A stretch of DNA of 64,000 bases from Candidatus Binatia bacterium (lineage in GTDB: Bacteria; Desulfobacterota; Binatia; UBA9968; CAXXLF01): positions 1,280,001 to 1,344,000 of the forward strand of contig CAXXLF010000002.1 in the NCBI GenBank assembly GCA_963664015.2, written 5' to 3'. Positions 19,967 to 29,109 of the stretch are shown one piece after another (within the stretch, counting starts at the first letter, position 1; each line of letters begins with the position of its first letter). The translations under genes and the position numbers were made by a program. The notes under the pieces were generated by a model that worked only from the letters and a program-made list of their open reading frames with translations, was not told where the DNA came from and did no database searches.

Positions 19967-21496
19967 ATGCGCGAGGAAAACCAACTCATGAATACCCTGT
20001 TGCTCTACTTTATCGTGTTTATCAGCGGAGGGGTCCTCATGAGCCTCGAGATCGCGGGGAGCCGGATCCTGGCACCGTACTTCGGCAACTCCATCTTCGT
20101 CTGGGGGAGCCTGATTTCCGTAGTCCTGACCGCGCTGAGCTTGGGCTACTACTGGGGTGGAAAGTTGTCGCCCCGTAATCCTACTTTGCTCGGGTTGCTC
20201 ATTCTGCTCCTGATCCCGGGACTTTTCATTTCCCTGCTCCCCTTTGTTTATCCCCAGGTCAATCTCTGGATCGCCGGCGCAGACTTCGGCAACCGAATGA
20301 ACCCTCTCATTGCCAGCGCTCTTTTTTTTCTCCCTCCCGGCATCTTTCTGGGAACCGTATCACCATACGCCGTTCGCCTCCGTGCAACGACCCAAAATAC
20401 GGTCAGCAACACGGCGGGGACCCTCTATGCCTTGTCGACCTGCGGCAGCATTTTTGGGACGCTCGTCACGGCCTTCTACCTGATCCCCATCCTGGGAGTC
20501 AGCGGAATCGTCCATTCCCTTGGCATTGCCCTGATGTTGCTTTGTTTGCTAACGTGGGTCTTGACTACTTTACAGCGCTCTCAACGGTCCGCCGCTTTCG
20601 TCTGGTTGACACTCATGTCAGGATTTCTACTTTCCACGGGCTTGGCCAGGGCCAAGAGTCTGTACACCAAGGACTCTTTTTATCATCGGATCCGGGTCGA
20701 GCAGGACAAAGAGGCCCGCTACCTCTATTTCGATCGCACGCTGCAAAGCGCCATGACCCTGGCCGAACCAACCGAATTGCGCCTCGTCTATCCGCGCTAC
20801 ACATCCCTCGGCCTGACCTTGAAAACTGACCCCAAATCCGCACTGATGATTGGCCTGGGCAGCGGATCCATCGTCACAAAATACCGCAAAGAGTTCCCCA
20901 AGTTGGAATTCGACGTCGCGGAAATCGATCCGGAGGTTGTCGCGGTAGCAAAAAAGTATTTTAACTTTCAAGAGGGGGAGAACATCCGTGTATATACTCA
21001 GGATGGCCGCCTCTTCCTGACACGAACCAAGCAGAGCTATGATATCGTTCTATTGGACGCTTACTACGCGGATACCATTCCCTTTCATCTCACCACACGG
21101 GAGTTTTTTCAGACGGTCAACGATAAGCTCACCCCCGATGGCGTAGCCGTGATCAACTTGGTCGGATCGATAGAGGGTCCCAAAAGCAAGATCATCCGGT
21201 CGTTTATTAAAACCTTGCGGCAGATCTATCCCCAGATCTATCTCTTTCCAACCCTGGGGGCCGACGAACACAGCGTTACGACCTCCCAAAACATTATCGT
21301 CCTGGCCAGCAAGGATCCAAAGAGGTTGGAGATCGGGGAAATCGTCAAACGGGCGGCTTCCCTGGGGCGGACCCTCTTCCCCGTACCCCTTTCCAACATC
21401 AATGATGCTTATTATGATCAACCGATGCGTGACGACGACGTTCCCTTGCTCACCGACGACAACGCTCCCACGGACAGCCTGTTGCAAAATTATTAG
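19967..21496 (+). CDS. Fused membrane domain / spermidine-synthase-like methyltransferase
   Basis: Multi-TM N-terminus then IGLGSG, EIDPEV, DGRLF, LLDAY. Confidence 0.88.
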   Translation: MREENQLMNTLLLYFIVFISGGVLMSLEIAGSRILAPYFGNSIFVWGSLISVVLTALSLGYYWGGKLSPRNPTLLGLLILLLIPGLFISLLPFVYPQVNLWIAGADFGNRMNPLIASALFFLPPGIFLGTVSPYAVRLRATTQNTVSNTAGTLYALSTCGSIFGTLVTAFYLIPILGVSGIVHSLGIALMLLCLLTWVLTTLQRSQRSAAFVWLTLMSGFLLSTGLARAKSLYTKDSFYHRIRVEQDKEARYLYFDRTLQSAMTLAEPTELRLVYPRYTSLGLTLKTDPKSALMIGLGSGSIVTKYRKEFPKLEFDVAEIDPEVVAVAKKYFNFQEGENIRVYTQDGRLFLTRTKQSYDIVLLDAYYADTIPFHLTTREFFQTVNDKLTPDGVAVINLVGSIEGPKSKIIRSFIKTLRQIYPQIYLFPTLGADEHSVTTSQNIIVLASKDPKRLEIGEIVKRAASLGRTLFPVPLSNINDAYYDQPMRDDDVPLLTDDNAPTDSLLQNY

Positions 21497-21515
21497 CCCA
21501 CTTCGAAAACCATAA

Positions 21516-22319
21516 GTGTTGAATACACGGATCATGCAGAAAAGCCGATCAGGTCATTTCCGTTGTCGATCCACTGGACGACCGGTTTGGGGTGACCCGA
21601 GGGATCATCAATGGTGGCACCAAGGGACAAGATTGGGGTCGAGGTTGGCCGGATATTTCTTCCCCGTTCTCTTTCGCATCGGGGTAAGCTGCTGCTTCCT
21701 GTTACTGTCCGCCTGTGCTCTGATCGACCCGCCGGACGACCCCGATCTGAGGATCGTGCGCGTGAAAGCCGTGGCAGATACGTCGCTCCGGCAGGAAAAT
21801 CGTCAATGGCAGGCAACACTTGATGAACTCATCAACGCCGCTTCCGATTACTTTGAAGACGAGTTTGGGATCCGCCTGGTCATCACGAGCATGAGACCTT
21901 GGGACCCGGTAAAGAGCAGCCCCTCAACACGAGTGCTGCTAACCCAACTCATGGCAGCCTACCCCCTGAACGGCAGACAGGTCGACGCAGACCTGATCAT
22001 CGCTTTTACCGGATCCAATGTGGACCTATATGGAGTCGGTCTGGCAAGGGCTGATCGCCTTGGCAATTGCAAAGACGGGCTGGGCAATTATATTGTCAGT
22101 TCATCTTCCGAACCGTATCGGTATACAAGCAAGGAGTCTCAATTGGAGTGGGATCCCTTGGCCCTAATCCACGAATTAGGCCATATCTTCGGCGCGACCC
22201 ATACGGATGAACCAGAATCCATCATGCACCGCCAATTTGCCTACCGTAGTCGTTTCGATCTCAAAAACCGTGAAATCATTCTCAGAAACAAGTCCTGCCC
22301 TTTTCGTAAGGGGAGCTGA
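21516..22319 (+). CDS. Zincin (M12-like) metallopeptidase, probable lipoprotein; true start likely downstream
   Basis: HELGHIFGATH...SIM Met-turn; LSAC lipobox. Confidence 0.75.
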   Translation: MLNTRIMQKSRSGHFRCRSTGRPVWGDPRDHQWWHQGTRLGSRLAGYFFPVLFRIGVSCCFLLLSACALIDPPDDPDLRIVRVKAVADTSLRQENRQWQATLDELINAASDYFEDEFGIRLVITSMRPWDPVKSSPSTRVLLTQLMAAYPLNGRQVDADLIIAFTGSNVDLYGVGLARADRLGNCKDGLGNYIVSSSSEPYRYTSKESQLEWDPLALIHELGHIFGATHTDEPESIMHRQFAYRSRFDLKNREIILRNKSCPFRKGS

Positions 22320-22575
22320 AGAGACAGGGGAAGAGATAGAGACAGGGAGATCGAGGATAGAGGATAGAAAATTGAGAATGGAAAGAGAAGCCTGGCTAAG
22401 GCAGCAAAGTGGAAATCACAAAGAACATCGCGCATAGGGCGGAAGACAGCGATCAGTAGGCAGCCGGCAGCGAAGAGAGTGGGGTGAGGGGGATTATGGC
22501 TTAAGGGCTAGGAATTAAGCCAGTACAGACGACAGAGCTATCGATCCTCGACCTTCATTCTGCTATTCTCGATTC
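22320..22575. repeat. Purine-rich degenerate heptamer tract with an inverted counterpart
   Basis: atcgagg atagagg atagaaa near 22350-22370; complementary ctatcgatcctcga and ctattctcgat near 22538-22573. Confidence 0.5.
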
Positions 22576-22635
22576 CCGTTGTTCAGTACTCAGTCCTGAT
22601 GAGGGACCCTGATAGAGACAGAGTAGGTGTTCAGA

Positions 22636-23400
22636 ATGTTAGAAAACATCCGAATCGTACTGGTCCGGCCCAAAGGTTCCGAGAATATCGGCTCCGTCGC
22701 CCGCGCGATGAAAAACATGGGTCTAAGAGACCTGGTTATTGTCGGTAGAGGACGGACCAAGAGTCTCGGGGCCACGGCCATGGCCGTACATGGGAAGGAA
22801 ATCCTGCAGGAAGCCAAACGGTTCAGCTCTCTCCGTAAAGCCGTGGCCGACTGCGGCTGGGTGATCGGGACAACTTGCCGCCACGGCCTGTATCGCAGCC
22901 ACCGCCGTTGGCTGAGAGACATAGCTCCCGAAATTGTCGCCGCAGCTCATGAGCCCTCTCAGACCGTGGCTCTGGTATTTGGACCTGAAGACCATGGGCT
23001 GGACAAACAGGATCTGGGACACTGCCACAGTCTTTTGACTATCCCCTCCCACCCCGATTACCTCTCACTAAATATAGCTCAGGCAGTCATGGTTTGTCTC
23101 TACGAGATCTATCTCGTCTCACTGGAACCGCAGACAAAGGAGGCCCTACAGCGCGCCTCCGCGGAAAACGTAGAGCGGCTTTTTGACCGAATGCGCGACG
23201 CCCTGCTGGCAATCGGGTTCCTAAGCTCGGAAAATCCCGAACACATCATGTTGGCCCTTCGGCGTATCCTCGGGAGAGCTGGACTGGAAGAAAAGGATGT
23301 GCGTATTTTTACCAGCCTGTTCCGCCAGATCCAATGGTTTGGCGAAGTAGGGTGGAAGGTAGCACAGGAGAAGAACAGACAGGGATTAAAAATGCGATGA
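22636..23400 (+). CDS. trmJ: TrmJ/LasT SPOUT RNA methyltransferase
   Basis: ENIGSVARAMKNMG, VFGPEDHGL, SLNIAQAV. Confidence 0.85.
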   Translation: MLENIRIVLVRPKGSENIGSVARAMKNMGLRDLVIVGRGRTKSLGATAMAVHGKEILQEAKRFSSLRKAVADCGWVIGTTCRHGLYRSHRRWLRDIAPEIVAAAHEPSQTVALVFGPEDHGLDKQDLGHCHSLLTIPSHPDYLSLNIAQAVMVCLYEIYLVSLEPQTKEALQRASAENVERLFDRMRDALLAIGFLSSENPEHIMLALRRILGRAGLEEKDVRIFTSLFRQIQWFGEVGWKVAQEKNRQGLKMR

Positions 23401-23418
23401 GACCAAAGGGAGGAAAGC

Positions 23419-24054
23419 ATGAACGTTAATAGACTGGAGCTGAACAGGACAGCGATGCTATTTTTCGACACCTTGAAAGGCTACTGGTACACGCCCGAGG
23501 GATCGGTCAAGAAGGAAATCCGGCCAATGGTCGACAACGCCGTCCGTCTCATGAAGGAAGGACGTGAAGCCGGTATTCCGATCATTTTCGCCAAGGGCAA
23601 TCACCGCCCCGACGGAGCCACGTCGGCCCTCTTGCTAACCGATACGACCATGGGCAGCCAACCTTGGCCCGGTGGAGAGGTGACAAGATCCATGCCCTAT
23701 ATCAGGGCAGGTCACGACACCTCGGAAGTGGCCGACGAGCTGGACCCTCGCCCCGACGACTACGTCATTCCCAAGTACCGCTGGAGCGCCTTCCATCAAA
23801 CCTACCTGGACCTGGCAATGAGGGCACGGGGCATCGATACGATTATCATTGCCGGTGGATCAACGGAGGTCGGAATTGCCTCGACCGTATACTCAGGAAG
23901 GGACCTGGACTATCATATGATCGTCGTAAGGGATGCCTGCACGACCTCCCACGATCAGAGGGCGCAGGATACCTTGATGGAACTCATATTTCCCCGTATG
24001 TGCCGTGTTCGCACAACCGACCAGGTGCTACAGAGCATACACGGTGCGAAATGA
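23419..24054 (+). CDS. Isochorismatase-family hydrolase
   Basis: KYRWSAFHQTYLD, IIAGGSTEVGIAST, VRDAC. Confidence 0.85.
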   Translation: MNVNRLELNRTAMLFFDTLKGYWYTPEGSVKKEIRPMVDNAVRLMKEGREAGIPIIFAKGNHRPDGATSALLLTDTTMGSQPWPGGEVTRSMPYIRAGHDTSEVADELDPRPDDYVIPKYRWSAFHQTYLDLAMRARGIDTIIIAGGSTEVGIASTVYSGRDLDYHMIVVRDACTTSHDQRAQDTLMELIFPRMCRVRTTDQVLQSIHGAK

Positions 24055-24100
24055 AGCCCCTATAGGCCTAGACCACGGTCTTTTGTGGGAGTGAACTAAA

Positions 24101-25003
24101 TTAACGGTGCCGACGGCTTCGCCGTAGGGGAGCCGGAGATCGTTCTCCACGTGATGCTCTGGTCTCCTCGAGTTCCTCGAGGGTTCGGGGCCAATCCTGC
24201 TTGAGAAGCCGTGACTGGACGCGGCCCGCAAGAAGCCTTCCTCCGGACTGGCAGTTTGAGCAGTAGTTGGTCTCATTGGCTGCATAAACTATCCGCTGTA
24301 CTGGCGCCTTGCAATCCGGGCATGGTTTGCCGTATCGACCGTGTACGGCCATACCCTCCCGGAAGGCGGTGAGCTTCTCAGGGAAACCCTTGGCGACTTG
24401 GTTCCGAAGCCGGTCAGTCCACTCCAGCAGAGACTTTCGGACAGCTTCGTAAAGCGATTCAACTTCCGCATCCACGAGATTCTGAGTCAACCGTACGGGT
24501 GAAAGTCGTACCCAATGGAGAATCTCATCCGAATAGGCGTTGCCGATACCGCTAAGGAGACGAGGATCCGTTAGCGCCCGCTTGAGGGTATGGTGATGCC
24601 GAGTCCGTGCCTGTAGAAAGGTCGCAAGATTTGAATCAAGAACCTCTACTCCGCCTGGATCGTGTTTACATAAAGCGTCCTGACCACGCACGAGATAGAG
24701 AGAGGCCCCTTTACGAGTTCCAGCCTCGGTTAATATCAGGGTTCCCGGCGAAAAGTCGAAGGCCGCGAGACCGAGTCTCCCAGGTATCTTGGCACGCGCG
24801 TCCCTCCAGTGGAGGCGCCCAGCAATCATCAAGTGAAGAACTAAAGAGAGATCTCCCTCGAGGTCGAATACAATTCTCTTTCCTGGCCGGCGAAGATGAG
24901 GACCCTTTTGCCCTCTGCCTCATGAATGGGAGGATCCACCGAGCGGAGCAAGAAGGGACTCGAGGGCTTCGATGTTTACAACCACGTCAGGAAGTTCAGG
25001 CAT
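24101..25003 (-). pseudogene. Fpg/Nei DNA glycosylase pseudogene
   Basis: MPELPDV start at 25003 goes out of frame after about 15 codons; later frames give PFLLRSVDPP, HLMIAGRL, GIGNAYSDE and a CPDC..CSNC zinc finger. Confidence 0.85.
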
Positions 25004-25042
25004 AGGTATCCCGATCATGGCATCGACGCGAGGTCGGCTCAA

Positions 25043-25130
25043 GGGCCGGTTCCCGAGCCGATGCTTCCCTCGGTCAGTATCAAAACTCAGCACCTACAAA
25101 CCACCTAGCATGGTCGAGGGGAACCGGCCC
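25043..25130. repeat. 12-bp perfect inverted repeat GGGCCGGTTCCC / GGGAACCGGCCC
   Basis: Arms at 25043-25054 and 25119-25130. Confidence 0.6.
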
Positions 25131-25379
25131 CAAAGACAAGGGAGGGGGTCCGATACGGGTGGTTCCGTTTAGATCAACTTAACAAATCAGTCCATTCGGG
25201 CCATCGAGGCACCAGCCTATCGGCGACCGCTGAGGGGACGGCTCCCCGAGACCCAAGCGTTCCTCAGGCAGCGGGCCTTTTTCGCTCCTCGGTGGACGAC
25301 ACTTCAGCTTGGCTAAGCTTTGAATTTTGACCTCTGACGTGGTTGCATTTGGCGTCTGTTTTTTCTACAAGTGTCGGAC

Positions 25380-25727
25380 ATGAAGATCATTCGCCTCTAT
25401 ACTGGGGGAGATGACGAATCCCATTTCGAGGAACTCGAGCTGGAGTTTGAGCCGTTTGATATCCAAGAGATATCATCGGTCCAGGACGTCAGCGGGGTTG
25501 TCTTTCGACGTGCCCCTGCAGGTCATGTACAGGATTGGCACCCCGCGCCGCGGCGCCAGTATGTCATCACATTGGCCGGCGAGGGGGAGATCGAGATCGG
25601 TGACGGTTCAAAAAGGCTCTTTGGCCCAGGCAACATTATGTTGGCGGATGACGTAACGGGCCGCGGCCATATCACGCGCTCAGTCGGATCCCAACCAAGG
25701 CTTTACGCGACCATACCGCTGGGATAG
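25380..25727 (+). CDS. Cupin-like protein, copy 1
   Basis: YTGxDxxSHF, WHPAPRRQYVITL, DDVTGRGH. Confidence 0.85.
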   Translation: MKIIRLYTGGDDESHFEELELEFEPFDIQEISSVQDVSGVVFRRAPAGHVQDWHPAPRRQYVITLAGEGEIEIGDGSKRLFGPGNIMLADDVTGRGHITRSVGSQPRLYATIPLG

Positions 25728-25766
25728 GTAAAGATTGAATGCAAGCCAGAGCTGGGGGATAGGATA

Positions 25767-26020
25767 TCTCGCGCAAAGACGCAAAGGGCGCCAAGTATAT
25801 ATAGATTACAAATTCGAAACTCGAAACAATTTCGAATAACCGAAAAATGCAAAATTAAAGCATCAGCCCGATTGTCCTAAGGGCTTGGATTTTCGTTATT
25901 TCGAGAAGTACTAGAACGTTCTTAATTGTTTTGATCATTAATAATTTGAGATATTGGAATTGTTTAGGATTCCGTGCTTCGGATTTTGAATTTTCACTTG
26001 GGGGCATTTTGCCGCGGAAA
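25767..26020. repeat. Nested imperfect inverted-repeat element (cgcaaagacgcaaag outer unit plus AT-rich inner arms)
   Basis: tcgcgcaaagacgcaaag is shared with 42722 and 43927; inner aaattcgaaa...acaatttcgaat pairs with attggaattgttt...tttgaattt. Confidence 0.6.
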
Positions 26021-26072
26021 GCTTTTTTGATGTGCTTCTGTTTAACATTTTAACTTAACAGTAAGAACTTAA

Positions 26073-26420
26073 ATGACAATCGTTAGGACATATACCGGCA
26101 CCGACCAAAAATCCCACTTCGAAGATATCGATGTGGAATTCGGTCCATTCGGCGATACGGAGACTACGCCGCTTCAAGAAGCCATCAATATCGTCTTCCG
26201 CCGCGCCCCCGCCGGCTACTTCCACGAATTTCACGTGGCCCCCAAACGGCAATACGTGATCACCATTGGGGGTCAATGGGAAGTCGAGGTTGGTGATGGC
26301 ACCGTACGTCGTTTTGAGCCTGGTGATATCCTCTTGGCGGAAGACGAAACCGGCCAAGGCCATAGGTCACGAGTCCTGGGTACTGAACCCCGAATCTATG
26401 CCTTTGTCCGTCTAAAGTAA
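26073..26420 (+). CDS. Cupin-like protein, copy 2
   Basis: Paralog of 25380-25727: YTGTDQKSHF, FHVAPKRQYVIT, EDETGQGH. Confidence 0.85.
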   Translation: MTIVRTYTGTDQKSHFEDIDVEFGPFGDTETTPLQEAINIVFRRAPAGYFHEFHVAPKRQYVITIGGQWEVEVGDGTVRRFEPGDILLAEDETGQGHRSRVLGTEPRIYAFVRLK

Positions 26421-26446
26421 GAGGCCAATTTTTGAAGCGGAACGAA

Positions 26447-26473
26447 AAAGCGTCCCCCAACCGGGGACGCTTT
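26447..26473. terminator. Hairpin terminator, possibly bidirectional
   Basis: aaagcgtcccc-caacc-ggggacgcttt. Confidence 0.7.
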
Positions 26474-26512
26474 GTAACCGAACACCAACCCCCTTATCAT
26501 TGACTACCGGGT

Positions 26513-27907
26513 ATGGAAAACACTAAGAATCTCCTACGTCAGCTTCCGTCAGTTGATCGCCTCTTGAAACACCCCCGATGCGATCAACTCATGGAGCGAT
26601 TCAATCGCGATTATATTACGGGTAAATGCCGTCAGATCTTGGATGAGTTTCGACACGATCTGCAGCAGGGTAAAGCCCTAGGGACAAACGACTTAAGAGA
26701 AGAGGCCCTCCTAACCCGGATAGAAGGCCGGATTGCCACCGAAAGTGAGCCCAAGCTCAGGCCCGTGATCAATGCCACAGGAACGGTCCTGCACACCAAT
26801 CTTGGACGCGCACTGCTCTCACAGGAGGCCATCGAGGCCATAGGACGTGCCGGCGCCTATCCGGTCAATCTGGAGTACGACCTGGCCACAGGAAAGCGGG
26901 GCAAGAGGGAACAGCCTATAGAGGAAGCGCTGACGCAGCTCAGCGGCGCAGAGGCCGCAACCGTGGTGAACAACAACGCGGCGGCCGTCCTGCTGGGCTT
27001 GAATACGCTCGCTTTTGGCAAGGAGGTCATTGTATCGCGCGGTGAGCTTATTGAGATCGGCGGCTCCTTTCGAATTCCCGAAATCATGGCCAAGAGCGGG
27101 GCCATCCTCAAAGAGGTGGGGAGCACCAATCGTACGCACCCGCAGGATTACGAAAAGGCGATCAGTAAAAAGACCTCCCTTCTCCTCAAGGTACACACCA
27201 GTAACTACAGGATCGTGGGCTTTTCTTCGGAGGTAAGCCTAGACGAGATGGTTGCCATCGGGAAACGACACAAAATACCTGTGATGGAGGACCTGGGAAG
27301 CGGTGCGTTGATCGACTTGAGCCGCTATAGGCTACCCAAAGAACCTATGGTCGCCGACCGTGTCGCCCAGGGGGCGGATATCGTAACCTTCAGCGGCGAT
27401 AAGATCCTCGGTGGGCCTCAGGCCGGGCTGATCGTAGGCAAGGAACACTGGATTCGCCAGATGAACCAAAACCCGCTAAAGAGGGCCCTGCGTTGTGGCA
27501 AGTTGACATTGGGCGCCCTGGAAGCGACCCTGAGGCTCTACCAGCAAGCCCCCAATATTGTAGAGCGGATACCCACACTGAAGGCTTTCACCCGAACGCT
27601 GGCTGAGCTCGATGAGATAGGAAACAGAACTATTCCAAAGCTTCGAAGCGTGCTGGGGGAAGGATTCGACCTAGAATTAATAGATTCCAGCTCCGAGATC
27701 GGCAGCGGAGCCTTGCCTACGGAGGAGATTCCCACCAAGGTTATTGCCATCCATCACCGGACCATGAGTGTGAATAAAATCGCTCAGATGTTCCGTACCG
27801 CCAATCCCCCTATCCTCGGGCGGGTGAACAATGACCGTTTCTTACTCGACCTAAGGACGATCTTTGATTCCGATGACCTAATCCCTAGGCGGCCTCAGAC
27901 GCGCTGA
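26513..27907 (+). CDS. selA: L-seryl-tRNA(Sec) selenium transferase
   Basis: INATGTVLHTNLGRA, VNNNAAA, EIGGSFRIP, FSGDKILGGPQAG. Confidence 0.97.
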   Translation: MENTKNLLRQLPSVDRLLKHPRCDQLMERFNRDYITGKCRQILDEFRHDLQQGKALGTNDLREEALLTRIEGRIATESEPKLRPVINATGTVLHTNLGRALLSQEAIEAIGRAGAYPVNLEYDLATGKRGKREQPIEEALTQLSGAEAATVVNNNAAAVLLGLNTLAFGKEVIVSRGELIEIGGSFRIPEIMAKSGAILKEVGSTNRTHPQDYEKAISKKTSLLLKVHTSNYRIVGFSSEVSLDEMVAIGKRHKIPVMEDLGSGALIDLSRYRLPKEPMVADRVAQGADIVTFSGDKILGGPQAGLIVGKEHWIRQMNQNPLKRALRCGKLTLGALEATLRLYQQAPNIVERIPTLKAFTRTLAELDEIGNRTIPKLRSVLGEGFDLELIDSSSEIGSGALPTEEIPTKVIAIHHRTMSVNKIAQMFRTANPPILGRVNNDRFLLDLRTIFDSDDLIPRRPQTR

Positions 27908-28517
27908 GGAATCCACGCTTTCCCGTATAACCCTTGAGCGATTCCTGTAAAAGCCGGCGGCCACGAGCCACCCTGGAGCGCACCGTACCAATGGGGCAAC
28001 GCATCTGCACTGCAGCCTCCTCATAGCTTTGTTCATTAATATCCACAAGAACAATCGCTTTACGGAACTCCACCGGTAATTGATCAAGGGCCTTGGCAAC
28101 TTCATCGTCCATGAGACGCGAGATAAAGAGCTCTTCCGGGTTATCGGTCTCGCTAATCCTTCCCTGTTCTACCAGGAAATCATAAAATCGATCGATATGC
28201 TCCCAATCGATCCGCTCGGGCTGCTTTTTTTTCGTCCAGTAACCGTTGATAAAGAGGTTTTTGAGAATGCACAAAAGCCAGGCCTTGCAGTTGCTACCGG
28301 GTTGAAATTTGTGAAAGAAACGAAACGCTCGCAGGTAGGTTTCCTGCACCAGGTCTTCAGCCCTGGCCTTCTTCTTAGTTAGATTCGAGGCAACACTATA
28401 AAGAAAAGAATGCTCGGGGAGAGCAATACGCTCGAACTCAGATTTTAACGCCTGCTGCTGCTCCAAAGATAATGACAACATTTGTTCACTGGCGGCCTCG
28501 GCCGTGACTTCACTCAT
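27885..28517 (-). CDS. ECF sigma-70 factor (SigR/SigH-like)
   Basis: AEDLVQETYLRAFRFFHKFQPGSNCKAWL; SYEEAA...PIGTVRSRVARGR; likely ATG at 28517 with RBS. Confidence 0.88.
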   Translation of the reverse strand: MSEVTAEAASEQMLSLSLEQQQALKSEFERIALPEHSFLYSVASNLTKKKARAEDLVQETYLRAFRFFHKFQPGSNCKAWLLCILKNLFINGYWTKKKQPERIDWEHIDRFYDFLVEQGRISETDNPEELFISRLMDDEVAKALDQLPVEFRKAIVLVDINEQSYEEAAVQMRCPIGTVRSRVARGRRLLQESLKGYTGKRGFLSASEAA

Positions 28518-28668
28518 CGACTTCCCCCCTCTTCCCGTTTGCTGGTCCGTGATATGTTTCCCCCTGCCGCCCAACCCGCAACCCAACCTGACCCTCTCGA
28601 CGAGTGCCACTACTTAGAATTTAAGCGGTAACTATCGCCTTCGCTGCAGAAAGACTTGTCATTTTGAT

Positions 28669-28685
28669 CGCAAGGCTTGTGCCAA
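28669..28685 (-). promoter_or_regulatory. Sigma54 (-24/-12) promoter upstream of the ECF sigma gene
   Basis: Minus strand TTGGCAC-AAGCC-TTGCG matches TGGCAC-N5-TTGC. Confidence 0.72.
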
Positions 28686-29109
28686 CAAAAGAATGGGGCT
28701 TTAAGCATATAAAGTGCTTGATAGCACACAACAAACATGGACTTGGGAGCAACTTGATGGGTGCGTTTTCGGACCCCAAAGACGGTATTTTGACACTGCT
28801 AGAACAATTGGAGACGCGGGAGCTCCTTACAAAGGATCAGAGAGGGTGTAATCTAATTTTCCTAGTTCAATTTTCGCGCTCCTTCAGGCTCCCAAGACTA
28901 TCGTGGAGTGGTCCCCGAGTAATTGTAGTTCTTAAGGTCCCCAAACAGTTTACATGACGCGATTTGCTTATAGACGGAATCAGCCGCCTCCCTGAATCAC
29001 CGGACGAGATTTCCCCCCCCTCAACGGAAGACCCTTGGCTCAAGCCTATAGAGACGCTTCATTAGAAAGATTTTTCTGATAGTATCGTGCTGACCGAAGA
29101 TACGACTCT

